In this document: piece by piece, positions 29,397 to 41,033 of the stretch
How the letters are laid out: each line of letters opens with the position of its first letter
Position numbering within the stretch: position 1 is the stretch's first letter
From: Auanema rhodensis
Lineage: Eukaryota > Animalia > Nematoda
Direction of reading: 5' to 3'
Length of the DNA: 64,000 bases
NCBI GenBank assembly: GCA_964057225.1
Contig: OZ059894.1
Span: forward strand, 9,362,001-9,426,000
Translations under genes and position numbers: made by a program
The notes under the pieces: generated by a model
Database searches by the model: none
The model's input: the letters and a program-made list of their open reading frames with translations, nothing else
Told to the model about the DNA's origin: nothing

Positions 29397-30923
29397 ATGG
29401 AAGATGTTATTCGCCTGCTTCTTCCTATTTGTGGTTTTTTCGTTTGTGTCGTCAATCTTCTGATTTTATCCATAACTCAACGATTAACTACATTTCCTTC
29501 GCTACTTAGATGTTGTGCCTATATAGGTAAAATTTAAGAAATATCTGTTAGAATACATTATTTTCCTTTAGATTTGCTCACAGGAATATCTATGATAGCT
29601 TCAGGAATTGAACAGTTCTCGTTTGATGTAACCAAAGTAAACGATTTTCTAAATTTTCTTGAACAAATCATGTTTTTTCGCAGATTCAGTGGTACGATCC
29701 AAATGTTTTTCTCTGGGATTTTGTTAGTCTCCTTCAAATTATAATGATCATTTGTTTCGCCATCAATCGATTTGTCAACTCCATTTCGCCTTATAAAGCT
29801 CTAAGAGTAAGTTTCAAGTTGTACAGCCAAAACTTAAAATAAAGTTTCAGATATTTGAAAAAATGAACTCAAGGCGGTATTTCATTGCTCTCATAGTCAT
29901 GTGTTTACTATTCACATTCGTATTAAAAGCTTTCTTAAAAAAGGTTTTTAGAGAAAATAGCTTCAACTTCTCTAATCATTATCATTTTAAGATTTTAATA
30001 TATCTAAATGCTCATTTTGGTAATGAAGTCCATTCAATAGACATAGATTTCTGGCTTCACAACTCTATTTTTATAGCTTCTTGTATAGGTAATACTGAAG
30101 AAAATTAAAAAATGAAAGCTCCTCATCCATCTATTCAGGATCAGCCTTGTCCGGAGCCACAATTCTTATTCTCATCATTCGATTTACCAGGAAAACATGG
30201 TCATTCTTCATTAAACGAAATTGTGATAATCACATTACCGTAAGTATTTTCAATAAACTATTTCTAAGTGCTTAAGCACTTATCAAGGATATTTATTCAT
30301 GATGATTTATAGATTTCCATTTTATGTTTCGGTAGAAGCATATTCTTCTTACTTAGTGAAATGATTTCATTTGATAACTCGAAAGATTTACAACCACTTG
30401 TGATGAGGTGAATCTTATAACTCAATTTCTAATTAGCTAAAATATAAATAAATCTTTAAGAGTATCTTATATGATTTCTATCACATTATTTACTCCAATA
30501 ATCCTTATTATATTCTTTCCTTCATTCATCAGAGGAATTCGGCAACCATATGATAAATATAAAATTCCTAAAATTCATATAACTGGTTAGGAAAATGCTT
30601 TTAGCATGTGTATACTAACAAGTTGTAACTTTAAGATGACAATGAGTCCGGAAATAAAGAATATGATAGCAAATCCAAGAATGATAGCTCAGTATGGTCA
30701 ACAGGACAGCATTTTATAGGACAGGTGAAACATTTTTTTAACAAATTTAATTTAAATAAAGTTTGATTTTCAGCTAGATTTTGAACATCATGAAACGAAA
30801 GCTGAGCGTGAACGAAGTATTTCATTCTACCGAGATGTTCGATGCGATAACGCTGCTCTACTTCATAAACTGAATGTTGCAGGGGAAAAACGAAAACTTG
30901 CTCGTAGATCAACGGGACTTTGA
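29397..30923 (+). CDS. Orphan 7TM/GPCR-like receptor
   Basis: Phase-consistent GT-AG exons: MEDVIRLLLPICGFFVCVVNLLIL...ICFAINRF...TPIILIIFFPSFIRGI...SISFYRDVR...LARRSTGL*; seven hydrophobic segments, DRY-like NRF. Confidence 0.7.
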
Positions 30924-31818
30924 AGATTCAATGAGTAAGAAATCGTTGAACAACCCAAATGTATAAAGAAACTTTAGAAAAGTACATTTTTGCTCTTTAA
31001 AAAGTATACGAGTTCATAGTCTTATATGAATAAAAACATTTTTTTTTTCTCTTGCTATGTCTGATCATTCTTGGATTTATCCTCTTGTTCAAAAGAGAAA
31101 CAGCTGTTTTCACATGAGAAAACGTGAAAAACTAAACATCACACTAAGGCAACTCCCTGTTGTTCCAAAAATCTAAACAGATAGCTCCACCTTCATGCCA
31201 GTCTCAAGGCTTAAATGATTTTTTTTTATTGAACTTTTGCCCACTAAAACTACAACAATACTGTTTGTTTGTGAATTATAATGTTTTTCAACATATACAT
31301 ATACAATTGTTTTTCCGGATAACTATTGTTCTTTCGGGAAAATCATTAATTTAATGAAAAACATGATTTGTTAGTTGTGTGGCATCTACATGTTATATCT
31401 CCTTTACAGGAAAATTGAAAAAGCAGATTTATCAAACGATTCACTGACTCTCATCCGAGATTAACAAAATTGAATTGCAAAACATCAAATTTTGCTTCAA
31501 TTCAATTAGTTAAAATCATTAAGATGTGTAAAATATAGAAAACAGAAGCACTTTGTTTCCAAATTTAGTTGGTTGAAGAGGGGTCGAAATCTTACACGTG
31601 TACAAGAATATGTATAAGCCAGACACCTGCACCTTATCTTGTATAAAAGCATATTTCTTTATAATTATAATCTAATAAAGAGAAATTATTATTATTATTA
31701 TTATATCAATATACTCTATCGTAATTCATGCATATAGGAACATGCATGGCGATGCTGATGATACACGTATGTACTACGTACCTACATTATACATATTTAA
31801 TCGATAACTGATATCACA

Positions 31819-31852
31819 CAACCGTTCGTGAAGAATTGAAAAAGTAAAATGA
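31819..31852 (-). promoter_or_regulatory. TCATT-N24-CGGTTG motif copy
   Basis: CAACCG 31819-31824, AATGA 31848-31852. Confidence 0.55.
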
Positions 31853-32289
31853 AAATTTGCAGGAAGAACAAGGCATTCAATATCAGCAGGCAATCATATG
31901 AGATCATCGTACATTCACTTTTTCCCATCAGCAGATACCGCAGCTTGCCTTGTGTAATTTCTAATAGAAAGAAGTTAAATGCATTCTGAATTTATTATGT
32001 TATCGTCATGATAAAGTGTTTATCACAGCTACATCTATTTTATATTCAAAAAAACAAACTTTCTAACTTTGATTGCTAAGTTTGACTTGGGTTGTAAAGC
32101 TTTTGGTCAAAACGCTAGCTTCTCTCACACAATACGTAACTGTATTGGTGAGTTTTAGACATTATGCCAGACATAAGCTCGTAGAATGATGTTTCAAGTG
32201 CCTTGCTTCGTTCGTCTTCATGATAAATGACTTGAAATTTCGCTTTTCATTATGAAATCTCTTTTCATCATTTGATTTTCAGATTTGTA

Positions 32290-35117
32290 ATGTTAAGGTC
32301 TTTATTATTAACTAAATCTATATGTCGAACATGTTTGACCTCACCTTCAACATCAACTAGGTACGTACTGTGCCGTAAATTTTTCTTATGAAAATCTTTT
32401 TTTTTCAGGCTTTTCTCTACTTTTAGATCTACATTACTAATAAATAGAGCTCCACTTTTGAAAAACTTTAAGAATGTGTTAAGTCAAACGGGAAAACGAA
32501 ACGTTAGTCTTTCTTTCTGTTGTCGCGCTTCATGTTCGTATTTCAGGTCACTGTGGTTGAGACCAAAAGGGCTTCAGTTAAATTAAAAAATGCTACATGG
32601 AAAGATTTGAAAGCAATTCTATCGTTAGCAGGACCCTACAAATGGCGGATCATTCGTAATATTTTTAATTTCTTCCAAATTAATTTAATTTTTCAGTTGG
32701 TATTTCATTCTTGGGTATAAGTAGTTCTATATTCTTGTTAACCCCTCGTATCCTGGGAAAATTGATTGATGAATTCGATGATTCTAAAAAGGATAATATG
32801 AAAGAAGACAAAACTCTAGAGATCGCCAAGTAATTTTTTCCTCTGAGGATATGCAAATTTACCCGACTTTGCAGATTTTTCAAAGAAAACCCTTTAGCTT
32901 TGGGTGGTGCTCTTCTTGTTGGAGCTCTAGCCATTGCTGCTCGTGTATACTGTATGCATACTGCAGGTTTTTATTTCAAAAATGTTTCAATAAATCCAAT
33001 ATATGTCTATTTCCGGTCAATTAATCATCAATGATTTGCGTAAATCAGTTTTCTCCTCGGTTCTTAAGCAAGATATTGCTTTCTTTGATAAAAATAAGGT
33101 AATTACAAGATTAGAGTTTGTTGCGTTTATAATTCTTTCTCTTTGTTTAGGTTGGAGAGATTGTATCTCGTCTTTCGACCGATGCCTTGATTGTCGGTTA
33201 CTCAGTATCAATGAATTTGAGTGACGGTGCTCGAGCTTTGGTGACATGTTTAGGATCTGGTGGGCTTATGGTATCTCTTGTTTTTTTGTTTGTGTTATTT
33301 ATCTTGTTCTTTAGGTTTATACATCATTAGCCTTATGCAAAGTTATGTTTGTTGTTATTCCTGTAATGGTCGGAACTTTTGCTGTTTTTGGAAATCTTCA
33401 GAGGAGATATACATTGAAAATGCAGGAAGCAGTTGCAGGAGCAAATGAAGTATGGGATGCAACTTTGATGAATATGAATCATGATGAATCTAATGTTCCC
33501 TGAGTTACAGGTTGCAACCGAAAGATTGACGAACGTAAGAACTGTACGTATGCTAGCTGCAGAGGAGAAAGAACTTCAAGCTTATGGCGCCAAAATCTTC
33601 GAAATTTGGAACATTTCGAAAAAAGAAGGTTTCGCAAGAGGCCTCATGTATGGATCAGTTCAGTTGAATTGATTGTTGATCATAGTTCATTTTCACTTTT
33701 TTCCAGTTCCAATTCACTGGCTATGTTGCTTTATCGACAGTTCTCTTCTATGGCAGTAACTTGATTAGTCAGGGGCTCTTAACATATGGTATATTTCACG
33801 AATGATGTTGAAAAGTTATTAATTTTCCTCAGGTGACTTATCTTCTTTCTGTCTCTATGCTGTACTTTGTGCTGCTAGTTTATCAAACATGTCAGGATTT
33901 TTCATTGAGATAATGAAGGTACTATCATGCAGACTCAAATCAAATAGCATATATCAATATATTTAGGGTTTGGGTGCTAGTAATAGGTTATTTGAACTAA
34001 GAAACGCCAGCCCCACTATTCCTTTAGTTGGTGGATTACAAAAGAAGGATGTAGCCAATTCTATTAAGTAAGCTTTACTATTGGCTTTGTTTCACAAATG
34101 GTACTTACTTCAGATTCGATCAAGTTGGCTTCTCATATCCGGGACGTGACTCACTTTTCCAAGATATCACTTTCGAAGTCCCTGCTGGAAAGATCACAGC
34201 TATTGTCGGAACGTCAGGAAGTGGAAAATCAACAATTGCCAATTTGCTTCTCAGGTGCACCATTTCTTTAACTTTCTTTTGAATATTTCCGGTGATTTTT
34301 AGATTATATGATCCTGATAAGGGAAATATCTTCATTGATAATGTAAATCTCAAGGACATTGACCCTACATTTTGGAGAAGAAGTATCGGAACTGTTGGAC
34401 AGGTTAGTATATATTCATATTCAGATAACATAAATATTTCAGGAGCCTGTTCTGTTTTCAACAACGCTAAGAGAAAATATAACTTATGGATCTGAGAGTA
34501 GTGAGAATATTACTGAAGCCCAAGTATGTTTAATCCTATTTGATCTTATGCATCATGATTCTGTTTCAGTTAGTTGAATCTGCTGAGCAATCAAATGCTA
34601 TGGAATTCGTTAAAACATTCCCCGATAAGTTTGATATGTTAGTTGGAGAACATGGATCAACGCTCAGTGGTGGCCAAAAACAAAGAATCGCTATAGCTAG
34701 AGCTCTTGTTAATGTAAAATTCAATTTTCATAATAGAAAAACATGCTTACTTACAGAAACCTAGAATTTTAATTCTTGATGAAGCTACAAGTGCTTTGGA
34801 TGCCAGTTCAGAATACTACGTACGGATGGCTTTGAACAAATTATTAGAAAATAGTCAGCAAACTGTTTTGATTATTGCTCATAGGTCTTGAGATCCTAGT
34901 TCATGAAGTACTTTAATCTTTATCTTATAGATTGTCTACAATTAAACATGCAGATCAAATAGTTGTTCTTGATAAGGGAACTATTGCCGAAAACGGCACT
35001 TTTAAAGAACTGATGGAAGTAGAAAATGGCGTTTTCCGAAAATTAGTGGAAAAGCAAACCCTAGGTTGGACAAGTGATTCAAAGCCCAAGGAGGGCGACC
35101 CAGAAAATGCTAACTGA
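32290..35117 (+). CDS. haf-3: Mitochondrial ABCB half-transporter (ABCB10-like)
   Basis: R/S/T/L-rich presequence; [21 protein letters not shown]; Walker [10 protein letters not shown]; VGQEP; [15 protein letters not shown]; [12 protein letters not shown]; IAHRLSTI. Confidence 0.9.
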
Positions 35118-35365
35118 AGAAGTAAGAGTTTTTAGAGTTGTATATTGTTGTTGTTACTATTTGTTATGTTTTTATTGATTGGAAATTAAGTTGTCCTAGT
35201 CACAGTCATATTAGGTATTTTGATTTCAATGTGTTGATTCAAAAATTACGTCCACTTTTTACTTCTAATAATGAAGTTGAGCTTATAGCATATAAAGAAT
35301 TTGTTATACTAATTTCTAACATAGCTATAGATTCCGAAATAGCTGTTCACTGCATTAGATAGGTA

Positions 35366-35432
35366 ACACGTGAAATTACGCTTAGCTTTGTTGTATTTTC
35401 ATTTTTAAATTGTTCTGTATGTCGCGCGGTTG
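35366..35432 (+). promoter_or_regulatory. TCATT-N24-CGGTTG motif copy with CACGTG, between two converging 3' ends
   Basis: CACGTG 35367-35372, TCATT 35399-35403, CGGTTG 35427-35432. Confidence 0.55.
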
Positions 35433-35525
35433 TGCATTCAAATTATGTCACCATTCTGCTCAACATTTAGCTATATATTTTAAAATAATAAATTTATTGT
35501 ATTACTCCATTAGCAGTTACTTTAT

Positions 35526-36093
35526 TTAACTTAATTTTTCAATTTTTGAAAACTCCAGTGATCCTGACTGACAAATAACGTCAAAGCGATAATTCTTTTA
35601 AAAAAATGTATTATCGATTCGATCAAAAAACTTTAACTTACATGTGTTGTTGTGTTTTCTAATTGCTGACATTCATCTGGAACTGTCAACTCATTGTCAT
35701 CCATGTTTAACTTTTCCTACGAATGATTGATGTAATATTATGATTAGATTATGTATTCATTACCTGGTTACAGTTTGATTCAACCATTTGAACATCTATT
35801 TCATAGTGCTCCATTGGTTTAAAACCTTTTTTAAAAACTTTGAAAATCTGAAGGAAGGATATGATGAAAGCAGTCAATTTCCAACCTTTTTAGGAATTAA
35901 AGCACTATCGCTGTCTGTCATGTTTTCATTAATTTTCTTTGCGGCTCCCCAAGCATAAGTCTAAGTTGAACAATAAAAAATGAAAGATTTGAATGAAAAT
36001 TACCATATATTTCGGTTTAGCTATATCAGTCAAAAATTTGCAGAAACTAAGCTGCATGACAAGCAAAAACAAACATTCTTTCAAGAACATCAT
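35526..36093 (-). CDS. Divergent secreted cystatin-like protein (130 aa, 5 exons)
   Basis: Exons 36093-36004, 35960-35886, 35847-35764, 35716-35642, 35594-35526, all phase 0 GT-AG: MMFLKECLFLLVMQLSFCKFLTDIAKPKYMTYAWGAAKKINENMTDSDSALIPKKIFKVFKKGFKPMEHYEIDVQMVESNCNQ...DECQQLE...NYRFDVICQSGSLEFSKIEKLS*; resembles nematode cystatin pattern PxYM..AW.AA..IN...LIP.K...Y...V...ES.C. Confidence 0.75.
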
Positions 36094-36675
36094 CGTATAT
36101 CTAAATGAAAAACAGAAGAAAAAAAAAGAATATTTTGCTTTTCTGTTCTAACTTTTAGACTTAAATACAATTACAATACAACTTTAATGCTGTTTTTTTT
36201 AATAAAAGTAAACATGTTCTGATAGCAATTAATATAATCAACAACAAGTACTCATGAACGTCGTATAAGATATGAGGAAATGAACATTCATTTCTCACGA
36301 TTTTTGTTGACTTCAGATAAGAACCTAACCATGTACGTCAAAGCAAGTTATGTATCCCTCCAGTATCAACGTACTTCACCTAGGCATATCCCCAACATAT
36401 TGATTATGGTTTGATCTAGTTAGTGGAGAAAAAAGTTTAATAATAGCCAAGATAAGTACTTATATTCTAAATTCTTATCAAAATAAAATATTTTATCTCT
36501 GGAAAAATGGATGATGGAAACTGAAAAGGTACCGTCATTTTGAAAGTTTGTTATATATTTAAAACTAAAAATAGAGAAATAAAGCCGTATAAAACCATAT
36601 AATAAGATAACATTTTTATTTATTAAAGCAATATTTATATAAAAACAATTGAATATTTCTTATACATATGTACTA

Positions 36676-38674
36676 TTAATCAAAGAGATTGAATTCGTCT
36701 GATTTCTCACATGTCTTGGCTATTTGATCCAAAATGATTTCAGAATGCTCGAAATAGTTGCAGAGGTTATTCAAAACATAAACATACTTCAAGGCTTGTT
36801 CATACTAAAACAAAAAATTGAACATAATCTGTTTGAACTCAGTTGTTTACCTCATTGAAGTCGAGACACAGATCATTAAATGCATGAACTACTTCATGAT
36901 GACAGTTCATTCTGAGGACGGGGTTTCGTTTCTCAAGCATTGATTTGGCTACAAGTTCGTTTGTGAATAATGCATCAAGTAGATTATGGTATGTCTTCTT
37001 GACATATCTTCGTTTCTGAAAGTTGAGAGAATAAGAATCATTTGAATTGGGAAATGTCGAACCTCGTGCAAATCAGCAATACGATCATTCAAATATCTAA
37101 TTCTATCATAATCATTGGTACGATCTCTTTCAGCCATCATGGAGTTCAACTCAATTTCTCGAGAAGGCCACATGGTCACGGATGGCTCATCATCATTCTC
37201 TTCCTGGAATATTGTATTTCAAAGATTTTAGATGTTTCCTATCATTACATCGTCAGTATATCCATAAAGTTTCTTGCTTCCTTGGAAATTTCCTACTGGT
37301 TCTTTGGCAATGCTTAAATCTCCGAATTGAAGAACATGTGACTTGTCAGTTCTTTCTTTCACAAGTTCAAACTGATGTTGTAATGTTTCAACGGTTAAGT
37401 CCTCCTGAAAAGAATTATCTCAATTTTAATAGAAAATAGAAAAAAAATAGAAAAAATAGAAAAATAGTGCAGAGAAGGAGGAGTTGAAAGTGAAAAGAAC
37501 TACTAACCTCATCACTATCACACATCCAATTGACTGAGAACAAATCTCCTAAGCATGGAAGATTCATTGAGTTATCACAGTATGTTCCCCATGAAGATTC
37601 ATGACCATTAGCAGCAGTAATAGCATAAACTGAATAAGAAGAGATTATTCATGAGATCTGTCCAGATATACTCACTATTCCATGTTTTTGGTAAACTCTT
37701 CTCGAACATAGATCCTGATTCACAAGCTTCGAGATAGAACACAAGCTCCGAATACTTTTGATTGGTGTTCATCCATTTTAACAAAGAGGTTAACTCCTTC
37801 ACAGTTAACTAAACATAATATATCATTTAGAGCTTATTCTTTAAAGAAAATCTGAAGCTTTTTCAAGTTTTACTAACCATTTCATTTGGGAATGAGATAA
37901 GTCCAACAGCTCCATGATCGGTGAAATAGATAAAGATTTTATCTTTTTCATTACTAAAAATATATATATAAGATAATAAAATATATATAAAGATTGATAC
38001 CTTTTAATAACACGACGATTACCTCCCTTAATACTCTCGTCTCCTTGTAAAATTTTCTTAAAATTAGCAACATTCACATCTTTTCCCTAAAGTAAAAATA
38101 TTTTTATGAATATTGAATTCTTTCATCTAACTCTATAGTCAATATGTAATCCTTCATAAACGTTTGGACCACCTGGCACATTGTAAAGTTCTCCACGATA
38201 AGGGTTTCTAAATGAATTTTCATGTTACTTTCAATGTAAGCTAATCATTTGAAATTTGAAAATTCAACTTACTGAGTATTGTTAGCTATATCATCATACA
38301 TCATAACAATAATATTTTCTTTTTGAAGTCCATGGTCTATAAGAGTATGATAAGCATGAGCAACATCAGCCTGAATATAAAGAATTTGAATGCTTTTCTC
38401 AGAAATTGCTTGAAAAATTATGAAAAACTCAGAGAAAAATAATAGAAAATGAATAATTCTGGTTATTACCTGATGACGATAGTTGTACCATCCATTTGAT
38501 CCTGCTACTAGTAAAGCATATGTATTACCTTCAGATTGCTCATTGGGCCTAAAGAATGTTGTCAGATGTTATTCTTTACGATAGAATGAAACGAAAATCT
38601 TACTTGAATCTGAATCTCTTACGTGTAGCTTGAGATACTGCTAAGAGTGCTAATAAGCACCATATAAACTTCAT
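36676..38674 (-). CDS. lgmn-1: Legumain (asparaginyl endopeptidase, peptidase C13)
   Basis: Signal peptide; [24 protein letters not shown]; MMYDDIA; catalytic FTDHGAVG and [11 protein letters not shown]; [11 protein letters not shown]. Confidence 0.95.
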
Positions 38675-39387
38675 ATTGACTCACAAAGAAAGAGCAAAAA
38701 CGAATGAGAAAGAGAGCAACTGAAGTGACTAGATGAGTGAAGCAAAAGTCGTTGATTGATTAAGAAAACCACAACTGACCAATATCAAAAAAGTTTTGGC
38801 AATATAAGATAGATCGTTATCAGTTCTAGAGGTTGGATGTGTGAGCATAAGATCCTTGTCAATAAACACTTTGTCAGCTGATAAAAGCTATGTCAGCTGA
38901 AATCAGTCGGATCGTTTAAGAAAAATGTTATAGATAGATAATTGCTCTTTGGATCAACATCTGTTAAATCATAATGATTAGATTATGAATATATAAGATA
39001 TAAAGTACTCTAACCAATGTTCTAAAAAGTCAAAATACTATCATTGGATGTTATATTGTTCTTATACTCCCTATACATCTTGTGTCAAATGGATGGCGGG
39101 AAATGGATTCATTGTGGAAATATTCAAAAAGATCTAAAAGGTTCTAAATGATATTCTTGCTAAAAATATATTGTAAATGAGCGTAAACTTCCTTTTTCTC
39201 AGAGAAATTAACATTATAAATCAGAATTATGCCCGCATGTGCTTATACTCAAGTATCTAGTTTGCATTGTTGGCTATAAAAATGTAATTAAATCTGGAAA
39301 ATAAGCTATTTTTAGCCAAACTGACAGACTATCTTTGATAAATGACATTAATTGACCATTATATAAGCTTATTAGAATAAAAAAATC

Positions 39388-39452
39388 TGTGAACTTCACG
39401 TGAAACGAAAGAATTTCATTTTTACTGAGATATTATTAGGAATCGGTTGCAT
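39388..39452 (+). promoter_or_regulatory. TCATT-N24-CGGTTG motif copy with GTGAACTTCACGTGAA
   Basis: TCATT 39416-39420, CGGTTG 39444-39449. Confidence 0.6.
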
Positions 39453-40041
39453 TCTGCTCTTCTTGAGCAAAAAGTATATTTAGATATTTGGAAAGTTTAT
39501 TCCAAATTATAAGTGACACATACGGATGGCCAGATGCGTGAATATCGTTCAGGCTGAGAGTTAGAGGTCATTTCATTACATGGGAAAAGTGTACTAGGAA
39601 ATTAGGTTAAGCTGTTCCATGCTCTATTAGAGTCTGAGGCTTGCGTGGACCTCGCAGATGCAGAGCAAGAATCTGTTCCAAATTGGAACACATGCTTGCA
39701 TCATTCACAAGACGTTGAAGGATAGGCATTTAGACTTTTTCCTTAAATCTATCATTTCCTGTTGAAAATCTTTGAGCAATTGATGGATATGGCCAATACT
39801 TTGAAAAAAATGAAATAAATCCAACTTCTTTCTGCTAAGAGAGTAGCTGCTGCTTTACAATAGCATTATTTGGCCACCCCAAGCATGTATTCTAGCTTGA
39901 TTCCTCTGGGAGACTTTTAAAGAAGAGCAAAAAGTTAGTGAAACTTGCTCCAACAACGTTTGGAATGTCTGAGACTTTTAGCTTCTCTTCATAATCATCA
40001 TTACAATCAAAGTATGGGAGAAAGAGGTATTCTCCTTAATA

Positions 40042-40045
<4 letters not shown>

Positions 40046-40097
<52 letters not shown>

Positions 40098-40109
40098 TCT
40101 CCCTCTCTC
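40046..40109. repeat. (CT)n microsatellite
   Basis: Long CT run upstream of the TWK gene. Confidence 0.9.
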
Positions 40110-41033
40110 TTTGTTTTTCATCTCTTCCTTCTTGTCTCCCCCTCTCACCAACGTCAATTTACATGTTCTATTCTAAAAATATATTATCGTAATTAATATT
40201 TTGAAGCATTTTCCTAATTCTTGATTCAATTTCTTTTTAATTTTGAACGTCAGATTTATGTGTCAGCTGACAGCACTATACAGTGTGAAGAGAGCTGTTA
40301 CTATAACAAGTGCTAATATCCTGTAATCAAGATGGGAATCTATGTTTCTGGTTTGGATAATACATGAACCGAGTTGCTGGACGACGAATAAGGTCAAGTA
40401 TAGATCTCTAATAGTTTTTTGCTCTTCTTAATCTTCTTTTACTATATGTTGCTCGTCATCGCTGGTGCTCTTTGATTCAGTTCAAAAGGCTAATATTTCT
40501 TTTTGATGGATTGTAAAGCGGAATATGCGAACTATGATTTTCAATTTTAAAATCTTATAATTATGCTGTTAATTACAGCATAGTTAAGCCTAAGCTTTAA
40601 CCAATAGCCGACATGTTGTTGACCAAGGGCATTACCCATTTAAGGCATCATATAGTCTGTTGAATCATTATGTTCTTCATCGTTTATATTATCCTTTTGA
40701 AAGTTTTTTTTAAATACAATTTGACAAGCATGACGTGAGTCTCAAGCGGACGACTAGAAGAGCATTTCTGGTTCAAGCTGCGAATTTCACTGATGTCTTG
40801 CCCCTGTCTTGTCATAGTTATGACAGCTACATACCAAATCGACAACTTTTCATTTTAGAACTTCAAGTAGGAAGTTTTCTACTAAAAATATATTTGAAAA
40901 TGTGGCTAGAAATCTTCAACTTTCATCTTTTCTTTATTTTATTTTTGATTTTTCTTTTCAAAATGTTTTTATCTGATCTTATTTGATATAGATAACATGG
41001 ATAACTAGTAGTCTTCAATATTCCAAGATAAAA

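Noticed and set aside
40364-40392. Upstream mini-exon MNRVAGRRI as TWK first exon
   Set aside because: Phase 2 donor gives immediate stops with the acceptors at ~41027 and 41624
40585-40595. TAAGCCTAAGC, matching a TTAGGC telomerase-template-like sequence next to small hairpins
   Set aside because: Single 11-mer; no recognisable pseudoknot or H/ACA domain and no clear host intron
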